Assembly (NCBI GenBank): GCA_963726175.1
Contig: CAVSBM010000012.1
Location: 13,004 to 77,003 of the forward strand
Direction: 5' to 3'
DNA from: an uncultured Chloroflexia bacterium
Lineage (GTDB): Bacteria > Chloroflexota > Dehalococcoidia > GIF9 > AB-539-J10
DNA length: 64,000 nucleotides
Position numbers and translations under genes: made by a program. This document shows, in pieces, positions 63,512-64,000 of the stretch; within the stretch, counting starts at the first letter, position 1, and each line of letters opens with the position of its first letter. The notes beneath the pieces are model-generated. The model did not search any database. It had not been told where the DNA came from and was given only the letters and a program-made list of their open reading frames with translations.

Positions 63512-64000
63512 CTTGGCTTCTGTAAATATCCCCACACACAAATGTGAACAGGCTTGAGGACATTTTCCCAGTCTGTTGTGGGTTCTCAATGGAGATTCAG
63601 GCACTCAAAGAATACTGAGATGGCTTCCTTTGACGCTCGAGAGGCTTGGCCGCTGCACGATTTGGCGTTTTGCGACTGTTCAACTCTATAGTATGTCTTA
63701 AACACCGCACAAATGAGCATTGACAATTCCCCACTTATTGATACAATGATACTGAAAGCTGATGTGGCGTTGGTAGTCAGGTGTGTACATCATATTGGTG
63801 CGGTCGCTTCAACTATACTAAGCCGAGCACATATAGACACGTCAACTGGGCTGCTTTTGAGTGGCACAGAGAAACCGATCCTGTGCGTGAATACCTGAGG
63901 TCATGGCCAGACATGGCCCAGGCAAGCGTCTCTCTTTGAAGAGGGAAGGATAAGAGTATGTCTCGGGTTCATCGAACAATCAAGATAGACATATGGCAAA

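Overview
This 64 kb chromosomal window has about 50% GC and reads as an anaerobic bacterium. The gene content suggests Chloroflexota/Dehalococcoidia, but that is an inference only. Genes are dense on both strands.

Features I can support from the sequence:
- A partial archaeal-type acetyl-CoA decarbonylase/synthase (Wood-Ljungdahl) operon on the minus strand at 1-5015: acsE, cdhD, cdhA (disrupted), cdhB and the start of cdhC.
- A J-domain protein, an alpha/beta hydrolase, a two-subunit family I CoA-transferase, a C_GCAxxG_C_C protein and a CBS-pair protein.
- A module of MarR regulator, ABC ATPase, ABC-2 permease and a COG1361-like surface protein.
- A lipoprotein, a cysteine-rich Fe-S/ferredoxin protein and a dodecin.
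- A PaaI thioesterase, a threonine aldolase and an ornithine cyclodeaminase-like protein.
- An IS (rve-type) transposase remnant next to a radical SAM/SPASM enzyme.
- An RRM RNA-binding protein, a double zinc-ribbon protein and a SAM methyltransferase.
- radC, cca, dedA, ispE, rsmA, hbd, an SDR protein and a long-form SRP RNA (ffs).
- A very repetitive RCC1-like beta-propeller lipoprotein, a fatty-acid CoA ligase, a ClpP-like peptidase, a QueG-like Fe-S protein and ligA.
- An AT-rich islet with a nucleotidyltransferase-fold protein and a small 2-TM protein.
- An acyltransferase-3, pth, an M20 peptidase, and an ArsR plus ABC exporter pair with a 435 bp tandem duplication.
- An SOS mutagenesis cassette lexA-imuB-dnaE2 preceded by a perfect TGTTC-N4-GAACA palindrome.
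- DUF72, a GT4 glycosyltransferase, a UPF0104 flippase-like protein, a nitroreductase, lipoproteins and a DUF95 membrane protein.

About 17 genes, including essential ones (ligA, cca, ispE, pth, dnaE2), are split by apparent frameshifts. Most are next to short homopolymers, so indel-type sequencing or assembly error is the most likely cause, though real pseudogenes cannot be excluded.

Candidate novel or interesting loci:
- The AT-rich NTase-fold plus 2-TM islet at 40.3-42.3 kb.
- The 117 bp-periodic RCC1/InlB-B-repeat lipoprotein.
- The radical SAM/SPASM enzyme next to IS remnants.
- Several families of short dispersed repeats.
- Candidate operator palindromes.

I found no CRISPR arrays and no tRNA genes.
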